Assembly: GCF_009914755.1 (NCBI RefSeq)
Contig: NC_060929.1
Direction: 5' to 3' (one strand)
Source: the human T2T-CHM13v2.0 reference genome, Homo sapiens
Length of the DNA: 64,000 bases
This document shows, one piece after another, positions 1-13,410 of this stretch. The translations under genes and the position numbers were made by a program. The notes under the pieces are model-generated. The model was not told the origin of the DNA, did no database searches, and saw only the letters and a program-made list of their open reading frames with translations. Numbering within the stretch: position 1 is the first letter of the stretch; every line of letters starts with the position of its first letter.

Positions 1-90
1 GGCTGGTCTCGAACTGCTGGCTTCAAGTGATCCACCCGCCTCGGCCTCCGAAAGTGTCGGGATTGCAGGCATAAGCCACTGCACCTGGCC
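1..90 (-). mobile_element. Alu, 5' part of left monomer (cut by window edge)
   Basis: ggctggtctcgaact...cctcggcctccgaaagtgtcgggattgcaggcataagccactgcacctggcc is the reverse complement of the Alu 5' end. Confidence 0.95.
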
Positions 91-99
91 TAAAGTAGG

Positions 100-1915
100 T
101 TTATTGGTAATGAAATTTGTTAGTTTTCTTCCGTCTGAGAACGTCTTGATTTCATGGGATACAGAATTATGCGTTGACAGTTCTTTTCTTTCTAGCTTGA
201 AAAAAAATACACGGTCAATTAAATTGTTAATCTATATGCAATGTGTCATTTTCTCTGGCTGGTTTTGATATTTCTTCAGCCTTTGGTTTTCACAGTTTTC
301 TTCTGATGGTTTTATTTGCATTTGTCTTGTTTGTGGTTCCCTGAGCTTCTTATTATCGGCAAATTTATGTCTTTCACTGAATTTGGGAAATTTCTGTAAT
401 TATTTCTTCAAATATATTTTTTTTTCTGCACCAATTTGTGTCTCCTCTTTTTTAGGGACTCCAGTCACATGCATGTTAAACTTTTCATATTGTCCCACCC
501 CACAGGTCCTGAGTCTCTGGTCATTTCTTCAACCTACTTTCTCCCTGTCCTTCAGATTGTATCGTTTCTAATTAGTTTCAGTTAATGGACTCTTTTTTCG
601 GTCATGTCGACTTTTTTGAAGACGGACTCCAACTTTGAGTCTATCTGGTGAATTTTTTATTTCAGATATTGTATTTCTTATTCTAAAATTCCATTTGGTT
701 CTCTTGTTATGATTTCTGTTTCTCTTCTGAGAACTTTCCATTCAATTCAAGAGTGCTCCCTTTCTCCTCATGAAGAATGGTCATAATAGATGTTTCAAGG
801 TCTTTATCGGTAATTCCAATATCTGGGTCATCTCGAAGTTGTCACTGGTTGATTGACTCGAGAATTAGATTTTTCTGGTTCTTGGCAGGTTGACTATTTT
901 CGATGATATCCAAGACAGTTTATATTGTGTTGTGAGACTCTGGGCCCTGTTATACTTTGTTGTGAATCTCTGGGCCCTGAGATTCTCCTCTGGATAATGT
1001 AGAGGTTGTGTTTTGGCAGGAAATTACACCAGTCAGGCTTAGACTGTGAGTTCTGTCTCACCTTCTGTTGGTGGGTGGTACCAATGTCCATACAGTTTTG
1101 AAAGCTGTGCTTTTGGGGGAAGCCATTGAGGCTTAGTTCTCAGAGCCTTTGCTATACTTCTTGGGGTGTGTTCTACATATGCACAATTGTCTGTGAGCTC
1201 AGGATTTGTGACAGCTTACAAAAAATGGGGGATCTCCTATTTCTGCTCTCTCCTCCGAATGATTTTTCTCACACTTTCCAGCATCTGGAGTCTCCTTTTT
1301 GGAGTCCTCTCACTAGAAAGATGGAGTTTGCCTCTGAATTATATTCATTGAAGCAGGAAATAGGTGAGAGAGAAATAATAGGAAGTCCCCCTACACTTTG
1401 CACGACTGGGGCGCCTCTCCTCAGCTCCTATGTCTGGAGGGGTGACTCTTCTCTCAGAACTTCAGATGCCCACCACACCACCACATTTGGCAATTGTGCT
1501 ACTATGGGGCAGGGACTGGCTTCCAGGAAGGGCTTTGAGAGAAAAAAGAGAAAACAAAACAAAACAAACCCTGGATTCTCCTTACAGTCTCCAGCTTACA
1601 GGGGCTGCTTTTCCTAATCCTCTGGCCAGAAAGACAGGCTTTCCTCAGGGTTGGGCTTTTCATGGCATGGCACATTTTCTTGATTTGGCTTGTCCTTGGG
1701 TCAAACCTAGTAGACAAAGGAAGGAAAAAGAAACCAGGAAACTCACCATGGCTGTCCTGGTAGTCCTTCAAGTTTTGATTTGCCTTCCTATTTCAACTAT
1801 TATGATTTACTTTTATTTTTTAGAATCTTCAAGTGGCTGTATTTTCTATTTTGTTCAAGGTTTTATTGTAACCAGCAGGAGAGATAAAACTGTAGAAAGC
1901 ATATTCCATCTTGCC
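100..1915 (-). mobile_element. Ancient L1M 5' end/ORF1 region
   Basis: T-rich with typical antisense L1M ORF1 phrases (tttgggaaatttctgtaattatttcttcaaatat, gggactccagtcacatgcatgtt); ends near ccatcttg. Boundaries approximate. Confidence 0.7.
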
Positions 1916-1944
1916 TAGAACTGAGAGCCTCTAGTAAGAGCATT

Positions 1945-3215
1945 TTTTTAAAAAAACTTTTTATTTTGAAATAACTTTAGATTCACAAAATAGTTGCAAA
2001 GATAATACAGAGAGTTCATGTTATACCATTACCTAGCTTCCATTTATGCTAACATCTTATATAACCATGGTACATTAATCAAAATCAAGAAATTAACGTT
2101 GATACAAAACCATTAACTAAACTATAGACTTAATTTAGATTTCCTTAGTTTTCCCATTAATGTCCTTTTTCTGTCCCAGGTCCTGGTCTAGGGTACCGCA
2201 TTATATCTAGTCATTGTGTCTTCTTAGTCTCCCCCAAATGATGACAGTTCCTCAGTCTTTCTTTGACTTTCATGACTTTGATACCTTTGAATAGTAGGAG
2301 TTAGATATTTTGTAGAATGTCCCCCAGTTTGGGTTGATCTGACATGTTCTCATTCATGGACTAAGGTTATGGATTTGGGGGAAGAATAGTGCCTTTCTCA
2401 TCTCATCATATCAGTGGATAGTGGATATCAATGTGACTTAACATGGCGATGTTAACCTTGATCACTTTGTTAAGGTAATATTTGCCAGATTTCTCCATGG
2501 TAAAGTTACTATACGTCTCCTTCCACAAATAACTTGTTAAAAGTGAGTCTCTTTGTCTAGATCACACCCAAGAGCAGGAGAGTGAAGCACCACCTCCTAG
2601 AGAGCAGGGTATCAAAGAATTTGTTATATATTACAGCCACTAGAGTAATTAGTAAATTTTGAAAGAAATACTTTGAAGCTGTTTCCCTCTTAAAATTTCA
2701 CCCACTTATTTGATCATTTATCTAGGGTTCCTGCCAGCAGCAGTTATTACTGAGGTGTTTTAATGATGATTTTCTATTTCATTCATTGCTTCTACGTTTA
2801 CTTGTTGGAATTCTTCTGTAGAAAGATTTGTCCCTTGTCTCCCATTTATTTATTTATGTAATCATTTATATCAGAATAGACTCCCAGATATTTATTCTTT
2901 AGGGTTATAATCTAATATTATCACTATTTAGTTATGAAGCACAAATTGTTGTGTCTTTGGCTAGTGAGAGCTTCTGCAGTCTGGCTCCTTTGTTCTTCTG
3001 CCATGCCTCCATCCGTTTTTCCTCCACCCTAGAACCGGCCATTGCTCCAAACAGCCTTGGGTCCTTTTATCAGAGAAAGATATTTAGAAACCAAAAATGG
3101 CCATTGGGCTTATGATATTTAGAAACCAAGAATGGTCCACCGGGCATGCTTGTGGCTATGAGACTGTCACTGTGTCCAGGCCCTCTCAGCGGGCAGAGCT
3201 AGGAGATACATATAT
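1945..3215 (-). mobile_element. L1MC4-like 3' end
   Basis: Starts ttttattttgaaataactttagattcaca...gttgcaaagataatacagagagttc and continues to caggccctctcagcgggcagagctagga, matching recalled L1MC4-family 3'UTR. Confidence 0.75.
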
Positions 3216-3334
3216 GTATGCTAATCGATGTGTGGCCATAGCATTTGGCTCAGATCTTGCCTATAAGAGACATCCTGCAAGATGCCACCATCTATCTTGT
3301 TCTGTGGTTTTTTGTGGCCACAGCTTACATTCTC

Positions 3335-3450
3335 TACCACCCCGCAAGCTCTTGGAGAGCAGAGTTCATGCCTGAGGCACTGTTATACCCATGCTGGTGC
3401 CTAGCACATATGGAGAACTCAGTGTGAGTTCACAGATTGCATAAATGAGT
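3335..3450 (+). mobile_element. L2 3' end fragment
   Basis: aagctcttggagagcagag...gtgcctagcacatatgg resembles the L2 3' terminus. Confidence 0.5.
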
Positions 3451-5505
3451 TTTGGGGAATCACAGGCCTCATGATCGTCTTTTTCTTTCTTTCCTTTTAT
3501 TTTCTGGTGGTAAGAGCCACAGGTGTTCATTTGAGGGAGATATTTAAAGTTATTAAAATAAAAAAGTTTTGCCATTTAAAGGGTGATCTCGCTCATGTAG
3601 AACAACTCAGTCCTTCACAATGCTGGAAGCATGAAGAGTTCCTGCATTGTTACCGAAACAGCTGCTGTTTGGGGAAATTTGATTGGCTGCTTGGCCGGGG
3701 ACAAGCTGTGCTTCTGTTTGAAGTCCCCATATTTAGCTCTCCCACAGATGCCCAAGGCTAGAGCTTCATCTACCCTGCCCCCAGCCAGCCTGGCCCCACT
3801 GCCTTAGGTCCCTGATTGACCAGCCACTCTCAAACGTACGGAATAAATATTTTGTACTTTCACCAGGCCACTCGTTTTGTGCTCCTGAAAGCCAAGGACT
3901 GTGATTATAATTTCATAGCTCAGGAAGCCTCTGTACCTGTCAGGTTGGTTTCTTATTTGCAAGCCTAACTGTTTTTAGCTTCCAGTTTTCTCTAGGGCCT
4001 TCTAGGTGGGAATCTACTCCATCCCTGTTTCTAGTTGTGATGTCCCTGCTTCCTCTCTTGCCACCGGCATCCCCACCTGCTCTCTCCTCATCTTGTTTGC
4101 TATCATCAGGCAGGCTGTCCATAAGCAGGTGCTCAGCCAGTGCCCCGGGATGAGTGTGCATGTGGGCTTGGCTTGCAGGGGAAAGGTGTGGCTGGGGCTG
4201 CCAGGGCCCATGTTGAGAGCTGTGAGAAGGGTGGCCAGCCCAGACAGAGGCGTTCCCCTCCTGCTGGACTTACTTCCTGCCTGGCTAAGAGGCAAAGCAG
4301 CATGCAGTTCCAAAGCCCCTGGGTTGGGCGCCAGAGCCTGCAGGTTCAGAGTCAGCTAATGTTTGATCTTCTTGAACCTGACTCAGCAGCCGCCGGAGAG
4401 CCACCGGGCAGGCAGAGTGGCTCCTTGCAAGTATCACGGAATCACATGGGTTGCTGTGAGCCACTGCCTGGTATTTGCTGTGGCTATTTGCTATAGGGAT
4501 GTCTGTGAGTAGCCAGGGTGTCTCTCCCCACACCCCATATACTCGTAACAAAGATCTCAGGGGTGGAATATGATTGAAGGAAAGTGAATTTTCTGGGGAG
4601 GCAGAAGGGGAATTCAGAGTAAGAACAGGCCTGGGAGATAGAGGTCAGACTCAGTGAGGAGAGGGGAGGAGTCATGAGCATCTTCCCAGGACCTCCAGAT
4701 CAGCAGGAGCTGAGAGGCATGCCTAGATCAGCAGTGACACGGCATCTCTGTTGCTCATCTTCACTCTCTCTCTCTGCCTCTCATTTCCCTCCCACTCAGA
4801 GGACTGCAATACAGAGTGACAGAGAGCAGCACCCTATTCGTGCCCTGCATGTCACTAAAGGAAACAGAAGGATTCCTTCGACTACCACCTGCCTCTGGCA
4901 CACAGCTGAAGTGTCCCTGGGAGCTGTGGGACAGCTGGCCCTCCTGCTGTCCCCACCCCAGGCAATCTCTGAGGAGCTCTGCAAAGGACTGGCTTGCATT
5001 TGCTTCTTGCACACTCCAGTCCTCCTCATCCTCCAGGCCCTACCCATCTGTTCTATCTGAGCTGATGGGAGACTAGAAGGCAGAGACAGCCTTTGGGATA
5101 GTTGTGTTGCCCCAGGGGCAGTGCCACTGCTATGTGAGCACTTAACTCACTTTAAATGGCTCCAGCCTGCGCTTCCTCTCCTCTGACTGGAGAGACGATT
5201 CCACAGTATTAATTTCCTATGCATAACGTTCTCCCTGGGCCAGGCTTTCAGGCTGTTATCCTGAGAATACAGACAAGCAGCGTCAGAACTCCACCCAGAC
5301 TTAGCAAATTCTTCAATGCCAGCAGATGATTTTCTAAGGCAACTTAACTTGAGAGAGTTCCAAGACAGAGTTTACCAGAAACCATTGGGAAAATGCCTGA
5401 TTGCCCTGGTGGCAGCCTGGGTGACCCTGGATTTGGGGAAAAGAGAAGATGGTAATACCTCAAAGAGCATTTAAATGAAACTTCTTGAAAAGAAAAATGT
5501 ATTCT

Positions 5506-6141
5506 TTTTTTTTTGGTAAATACTTTTCAAGGTTTTATTGCAAACCGAAATTGATTTATTACACACACACAAAGTTGTGAGATGGGAGGAGGGAAGGATA
5601 GTACATATTATAACCATGTTAATTACAGTACATTAAAATGGTGGTTTATATGACAAATAAGCCTGTAAGTTTAAATATACTAGTGTTATAACTCAATGTA
5701 CAGATTTTCTTTATACAACACATATAATTACCAGGAATGCAAAAAAAAAAAGAAAACATAAATAATGCCCATTTTACAGGTGACATTTTAAACAATGAAC
5801 ACGCAAACAGTTCTGGCTGACAACTGGGGCATTGGTCCATAAAAACCCTTTCTAAAAATAGAAATAGTTGTAGCAGCAATGCTCTTTTTAAGCAACTGAA
5901 TACAAGTCATTAGAAGACCATTTCAATAAATTTTAGTTATTAACCGTATCTTACAAAAATGTCTACACATAAATTTATCTTCCAAATATGGAAGAAACAA
6001 AGTCCCACGTTGTAGTGTCCTGTAAGAGTCACATTGATGCTTATAACAAAATCCATCTGTGGTCAAGCATACCACACTCATATGACCGTTAACACAGCAT
6101 ATCCACAAGGAAAAATAAAGAACTGAAACAATCTGCGATAG
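5506..6141 (-). pseudogene. SGK1 (retrocopy, tentative): 5'-truncated processed retrocopy made only of mRNA 3'UTR; parent recalled as SGK1
   Basis: Poly-T at about 5505-5514 (polyA on minus); tttatt (AATAAA on minus) at 5534-5539; flanking repeats gaaaagaaaaatgtattct 5487-5505 and gaaaagaaatgtattct 6142-6158. Minus-strand body (gaaagggtttttatggaccaatgccccagttgtcag...gcaataaaaccttgaaaa) matches my recollection of the SGK1 3'UTR end. Confidence 0.8.
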
Positions 6142-6549
6142 GAAAAGAAATGTATTCTATCGAATGTTAAAACTTCAAAAATATTTCTATTTTAGGTGGA
6201 CAGACATATATATTTAATTTTCTCAAATAGCAACCATTGAAACTAATTTAATTTTTTTTCTTTTTGGGCAGCTAATTGTCACGGACTGCTAATGCCATGG
6301 TGTCCTCAGTGGTTTTGAAGAGGTGTGGCATTTCCTACCCCTACTTAAATGATCTCAGACTGACTCTCTGAGGTTCTCGTGGGGTTTTTTTCTATGTTTT
6401 CCCCTGTTTCATTTACTCTAGACTATATGAAAACTCTTGGGAATACCAGTGCACCTGTTTCTTGGGCTGCTCGTTTCCTTAATGTATAGCTTCTAGTCTA
6501 TTGTGAGCTAGCAAACTGGATTTACAGACGTATGATTGTGCTTAAAGTA

Positions 6550-7450
<901 letters not shown>

Positions 7451-8209
7451 TCTCATCTCAGCTAATCTTAATGGAAGCAAGGTATGAGTAAACTATGGGG
7501 CAACCAGATTGGTTGCTCAGAGGTAATGTATTCTTTCTTTCTTGACGTCTGGAGTTTGGGGATGGTTAGTGTAGCTTTGTCAGTATTCCCTGTGCTGCAC
7601 CTATTCCAGCCTTCCTGGCCATCCTCCTCTGAACTCCTAGAGGGCTGGTGATTGTTTCACAAAGTCAGTACTTACTGCAAATTCTTTTATCCTGCTGCTG
7701 TTCTATATGTCTTGGTCAAGAAGGCAGAAATCTTGTACTGTAACATTTTGTGTCCTTTGGAAGGCCCAACAAGGCCTTGTCATGTCCTCTACTGCTCAAC
7801 TTATTTGCTCTTAACTCTGAAGTTGTCAAAACACTGGGGAGGCAGATCCTTAGAGTTAGTGCTTCCAGCAGTGCTTCTAGCAGCAGGGAAGCGCTCCAGC
7901 AACCAGGTGTCAGGGACATAATCGAGCCAGGATGTTTGCAAAGCTGGGTCTTTGAAACTAATTGCTAGACGTTTCAGTCTCTGAAAACTGGACATTTTGG
8001 TTTCTTGTGCTCTTCTAGTTTTGTTTTTTCCCGCCATTATTCATTCCTTCTGTTTGGTAAAGATGATAAAATTCCAAAATGTGTGCAAAATGTTCTCTGA
8101 TATACAGAAATAAGATGTTGTCTTTTTTATAAATTGGGAGGAGAAAAGACAAAATAGATTGCATTAACATAGATGAATTTTAGGGAACCTTTGCTTTTTT
8201 ATTCTTTCG

Positions 8210-8350
8210 CGCCCTAGAGACCATCTAGTCCAACCCTATGCATTTTACAGATAAGAAGATTGAGGTTCACAAAAAGAAAACAAAACAAAACATGACCAGG
8301 TTAATGTGGCTTGACAGTGGCATGAGCACAATTCCATCTCAGTTCAGTCT
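8210..8350 (-). mobile_element. MIR fragment
   Basis: catctagtccaacc...cattttacagataagaagattgagg is antisense MIR core. Confidence 0.7.
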
Positions 8351-10174
8351 CTACAAAGGTCAGGTGGCTTTGAACAGCAAAGCTAACACCGCGTGGAAAA
8401 TGCAGGGAGGAAACCAAAGTGGAATAACTATTTCTACATCTGGGTAAAAATAATCCCCCAATTTGCCGACACCTAGAAGATCACAGGCTTGAGGGTAAAA
8501 ATAAAACTTGCTTTCTGACAAAACAAATCTTGTCAGACTCATCTATTCTCTCCTTGCCTGGGAACTTGGCTGTTCAGAGGGGTGCAGCTGGCTGCATGGG
8601 GGTTCTGCTGGATTGAGCAGTGTGTCTCCATCGGTGCAGGTTCCCTTGCCACCTTTGGCCCAGGTGACTCTGGAACCTGCTGCCAGGTTATAAGGAGCTT
8701 CCCTAGTCCCTCCCATTCCCAGGAGGGAAGTACCACCCATGGGAGATATGGCACAGGAACATGAAAGTTAGAGGATACCAAGAGGCTGAGCCCTGACAAA
8801 GGGTTTCACTTGCGCTTTATTCCCTTTTTTTAATGCCAAGCATTTCCGACCTTGCTTCCGCCCTCTGCCTAAAGGTAGGATCTTTCAACCCTTTGAGTAG
8901 TCTCAAAATTCCAGGGCTGGTGTGTCACTGGGTAATAGTGACAATCTTCAGAGGGGTTTGCAACAACTGGTGTGCAAAGGAGCTCTAAGTTTTTAAGAAT
9001 TGACCCTGCAATCGAATTCTAGGATAGGGAATGTTCCAACCCATTTCTTGTTTCACCAAGAGCAGAAATTAAGAGCTGTGGTGATATCTACTCTCAGTCA
9101 TCTTTCACCTTATTCGGACGTCAGTGGATAAGCTTTCCTCTCATCTTTCCTTTAAAAATATGCGTGGGCATGCACCTCATATCAAAGGAGCAAGCTATGG
9201 TGATTTCTAAACAAAAGGATTGTTTACAAAAGCTTTTCAGACAATACAGCTTCCTCTGACGCTGCGGATCCTCAGCCCATCTCCTGGAAGGGCCTCAGAG
9301 AGTCAGAGTCGTAGTGTATTGTTTCCATCTGCTCTTCAAGAGAAGGAAAGGAAAGAACCCTCCACTGTGGTGTCAAGGGGCCTCAGGCCCATGGAGCACA
9401 GTCTTCTGAGATGCCCATCACGTGCAGGACTGGCGTATTGTAAATGCTCTGCAAATGTTTGCTGCCCTGTGCCAGGACAAAGTGAAATCACCTGACGAAG
9501 GGAAAGTTGAGGAATGATACAGTTGCTCCTTGGAAGGGTTTTTGGTAAACCTGAGGCTGGGTTCATCTATTCCTTCCTTATTCCCTTTCCTGCACCCCTC
9601 TATCTCTTTCACCAAGTTTTGGCCCTCACAATGACACTCACATTTGCCCTTCTTCTCTAATTTCATGGACTCTTCCCTTGCGACCTCATCGTTATCAGCT
9701 GCATCCTTGGCAGCCTCCTTGCCAAGGCTGAGCTCTCTGCGGCTGAGTGCATTTCCTAAAGCACTGCTCCTATCCTGATAACACATTGCCCCACCCAACC
9801 ACTGGCCTGACATCCCATGGCAGTAACTGACTTCAGACTCTTCTGCAGAGTTCTCAGGTGCTTCCAAGGTCTGCCCCCAGCCCTACCTATCTGGGTCCGT
9901 TTTTATTACTCCTGAGCCCATGCTTCCTTTCAACAAGACAGGTCTGCTCCACCTCTTGCAGGGTCCAGGGTTGCTCCTGCTTTTGCTTTTGCTGTACTAT
10001 CATTTCGAATATCCTCTCTTTCTTTTCATGTAACTAACAAAACACTCTGGCCTCTAAACCCAGACACACCTCTTGATGAAAATATCACCAGATAGTCTAG
10101 TTCACACTAGTGATGGTGGCAATGGTGGCTATAGTAGGAACAGTGACAGATTGCTAAGCACCTATTGTATCAGC

Positions 10175-10395
10175 CAGTGTGATGCAGTAGTTAAGATGAC
10201 TGCTTCTAGACAGGTTGCCTGGGTTCGAATTCTCTTTCTGTCACAAACTAGCTATTGACCTTGGGCAAGTTACTTAACATTTCAATGACTCAGTTTCCTG
10301 CATTATATATTGGGGAGGAGAATGGTGCCTACCTTGTAGAGTTAATCTATGTATTATAATAGTACCTGGTGTATAATAAACACTGTCAGAATGTA
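10175..10395 (+). mobile_element. MIR
   Basis: gcctgggttcgaattc...tgaccttgggcaagttacttaac...ctcagtttcc MIR core. Confidence 0.85.
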
Positions 10396-10399
10396 TCAC

Positions 10400-10590
10400 T
10401 ATATAGTAATTTATCTGTAGTCTTAAGAACAGCCCAGAAAGGCAAGTATTCTTATTTATATTTTACAGAGAAGGAAAGTGAGGCACAGAGAGATTAAGTA
10501 ACTGTGCATGGTTACAGCTAATATGCAGCAGGCCCCAGTGAGGGGCAGAGCAGACCTGCCCTGCAGCTGAGCTGGACTTTTAACTCTGGT
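10400..10590 (-). mobile_element. MIR, opposite orientation to the adjacent MIR
   Basis: attttacagagaaggaaagtgaggcacagagagattaagtaact. Confidence 0.8.
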
Positions 10591-11149
10591 CTGCCCGCCC
10601 CTACTGACCAATGCCTACCTTCAGTGGTTATGGCACTTATGGCTATTTCCACAAAGTTTAACGTTCGGGTGTCCTCTAATTCTTCCCTGAATGCATGCTT
10701 ATTTATTTCCCCAGTTTTTAAGCCAATTAAGGGGAGGACTGTTTCTCACACATCGTGTAGTCGTACAGCGAAGGGCAGAAAGGGATCAAGGGCAACTGTA
10801 TTCCTGTGAGTCAAGGACAGAAATGATTAACTTAAGTATAGGCAGATGGCTATGCATGGCTGGAGACCCAGAGGGATTCTCTCACCAGAAGGGCCAGGCC
10901 TCTGGCCTTCCAATCCCCACAGAACTGTCCCATGGTCAACGATTCCACCCAACCAGGGAGAGGATCCCTGAGGTCCTCTGAGACTTCCTTACCAGCAGAA
11001 TCATAGGAAACCTCATCAGTAGCCATAGAGCATGGACACTGGTCAGTCAGAACAGACATCCGAATGGATATCGGCCCTGCCTGAGGGAATGGTTATATCC
11101 TCCAGACCTCTCTGGACTGTCTGGAGATTAGGCTTGGTTTGTGTTCTTT

Positions 11150-12330
11150 TAGGTGATGGTCAGTCAGTGTGGCCACAAGGAGAGGGGACACAGGAGAGGT
11201 GAGGGAAAAAGTTTATTATACTCTCAGGTCCTAAAGAGAAAGAGCCACTGCACAGTGAGTGAGGTCACAGGGGAGGGAGCACCAACGGAACCGTGGGGAG
11301 TGGAGAAAGAGAAGGAACCATGGGCAAAGGCCTTTGCTGGGGAGGAAGAGGCACCAGGGGCTTTTGTGGGTGCCTTTAAGTGTTACTAGAACACAGCCAG
11401 GGAAGGGTAGGAGGGGAAACTTGTGGCGGAGGCCACTCTTATTGCACTGGTGCACCTGGTTACCTGAGCAGGTGCTCACAGTCTGTTTGTGGGGATGTTG
11501 AGGCAACAGGAAAATATGAAGTTTTAAAGTTGTTCAGCTGAAGAATGACAAGATTCACACAGGTAGAAAGGAGAGCTTTATTTCTCATAAAGGATTGCAG
11601 CCTGCAGGGTGAGCATTCTGCATGGCTGGGAAGTGTAGCCTCCGGCCAGAAGCCAGAAACCTGCACTTTGAGGGTGGTAAGAATAAGACAGAGATTTATG
11701 CTGAAGGAGGTGGCCAAATATACATATTCAATAAGCTACAGAAGGATCCATGAATATTTATGAGAGGAGCAACATGAGCATGAGCAATTGAGCTTCATGC
11801 CTCTTCATGGGTCCCATGTACAAAAATGGTGGCATTAGCATAATCCCAGGGTGGAGACTTCAGCCCACTGACATCAAAAGGTGAAGAAGAGGACACAAAA
11901 CCCTCACTGAGCATTCTCCATAGACTGGCCAGAACCACTCCATTGTAGTCTCTTAAAAAAGAATGCTGGTCAGCTGTTGTGTCAAAACTGCAAAAGAAAG
12001 TTTTGTTGTGTTAAAACTGAAATTGCTGTGTCAGGCAGTTGGTTGATACCAGTGGTGGAGCAAGTCTTTCACAAGCACTGGTGCCCGTTAAGTCCTTAGG
12101 GAAGAAAGCCCTAGTGGTGGTTAGTGAGGGAGGGGCATAACGAGGCGTGTCCGATCTCCCATCCTGCTATGACTGAGAACTCAGTTTTAAGATTTCTCTG
12201 GGATCCCCTTAACCAAGAGAGGGTCCATTCAGTCAGTTGCGGGGCTTAGAATTTTATTTTTATTTCTCAAATTTTACAATACCTGGCTTCATGTTTTCCC
12301 GTGCACCAGGGGCAAGTAACTGGTAACATC
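11150..12330 (-). mobile_element. Old ERVL-class LTR (MER54/MER74-like) split by MER50
   Basis: aaagtttattatactctcaggtcct...ccatgggcaaaggcctttg; ggaaaatatgaagtttta before the insert and ttttacaatacc after it. Family name tentative. Confidence 0.5.
11531..12269 (-). mobile_element. Solo ERV1 LTR, MER50-like
   Basis: TG...CA ends, about 740 bp; gctgaagaatgac...aaaggagagctttatttctcataaagg...gggtccattcagtcagttgcggggcttagaattttatt. Confidence 0.75.
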
Positions 12331-12550
12331 AGTGCCTTAATGCTATAGCAAGACTGGGCAAAGGGAAAGTACATTTCTTAGGGGCAGATTTCCGGCAAAT
12401 TTTTCCTTAATAGGTCCCTTAAGGAGAGTCACCTCATGATCACAAGATGGCTGCCACACTTCCAGGCATCGCATCTGAGGAAGAATTAGACCCTTTGCTT
12501 GATATCTTTCATTTACCCTCTAGGTATTCTCCCCATTCTTCTTTACCCTA

Positions 12551-13108
12551 TGTGATGATTAATATTAAGTGTCAACTTGATTGGATTGAAGGATGCAAAG
12601 TATTGTTTCTGGATGTGTCTGTGAAGGTGTTGCCAGAGGAGATTAACATTTGAATCAGTGGATTAGGAGAGGCAGACCTATCCTCAATGTGGGTGGGCAC
12701 AAATCCAATCATCTGTCAATGCAGCTAGAAAAAGCAGGCAGAAGAAGGTAGAATAAGACAGTTTGCTGAGTCTTCTGGCTTTCTTCTTTTTCCCATGCTG
12801 GATGCTTCCTGCCCTTGAATGTCAGACTTCAGGTTCTTCAGCCTTTGGACTCTTGGACGTACACCAGTGGTTTTGCCAGGGGCTCTCAGGCCTTTGGCCC
12901 CAGATTGAAGGCTGCACGGTCAGCTTTACTTTTGAGGCTTTGGGACTCGGACTGAGCCACTACTGGCTTCCTTGCTCTTCAGCTTGCAGAGAGCCTATCT
13001 TGGAACTTCATCTTGTGACTCTGTGAGTCAATTCTCCTTAATAAACTCCTTTTCATATATACATATATCCCATTAGTTCTGTCCCTCTGGAGAACCCTGA
13101 CTAATACA
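12551..13108 (+). mobile_element. MLT2A (likely MLT2A2) solo LTR of HERV-L
   Basis: tgtgatgattaatattaagtgtcaacttgattggattgaagg ... ctggagaaccctgactaataca; perfect 5-bp TSD cccta at 12546-12550 and 13109-13113. Confidence 0.92.
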
Positions 13109-13410
13109 CCCTATCTTCTGCCCAGGAGGCTGAACTACATGAAGGTTGTTTCCAGGTTTTGGTTGGGATAGGACAATGGGGAGTCCCAGCAGATGAGGGA
13201 GGGAGGAGAGTGAGGTATTCCCTTGTTCCCTCCCTCTGGAATTGCCTGGGGTTGGCTGTACTTTTCAAGCAAAGGCCACAGCTCCTCTCCAGGTAGCCCT
13301 CCTGACACAGCTCTCTCCTGGGTGTGCTCCTTTCCCTGGGCCCTTTGGGTCTAGGGATGGGAGCAGCTCTGCTCTTACTAGCCTTGGGTACCGCACTATC
13401 TTTGTGGTCT

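Noticed and set aside
4379-4388. AP-1/MARE-like TGACTCAGCA in a GC-richer stretch
   Set aside because: A single short motif with no supporting evidence.
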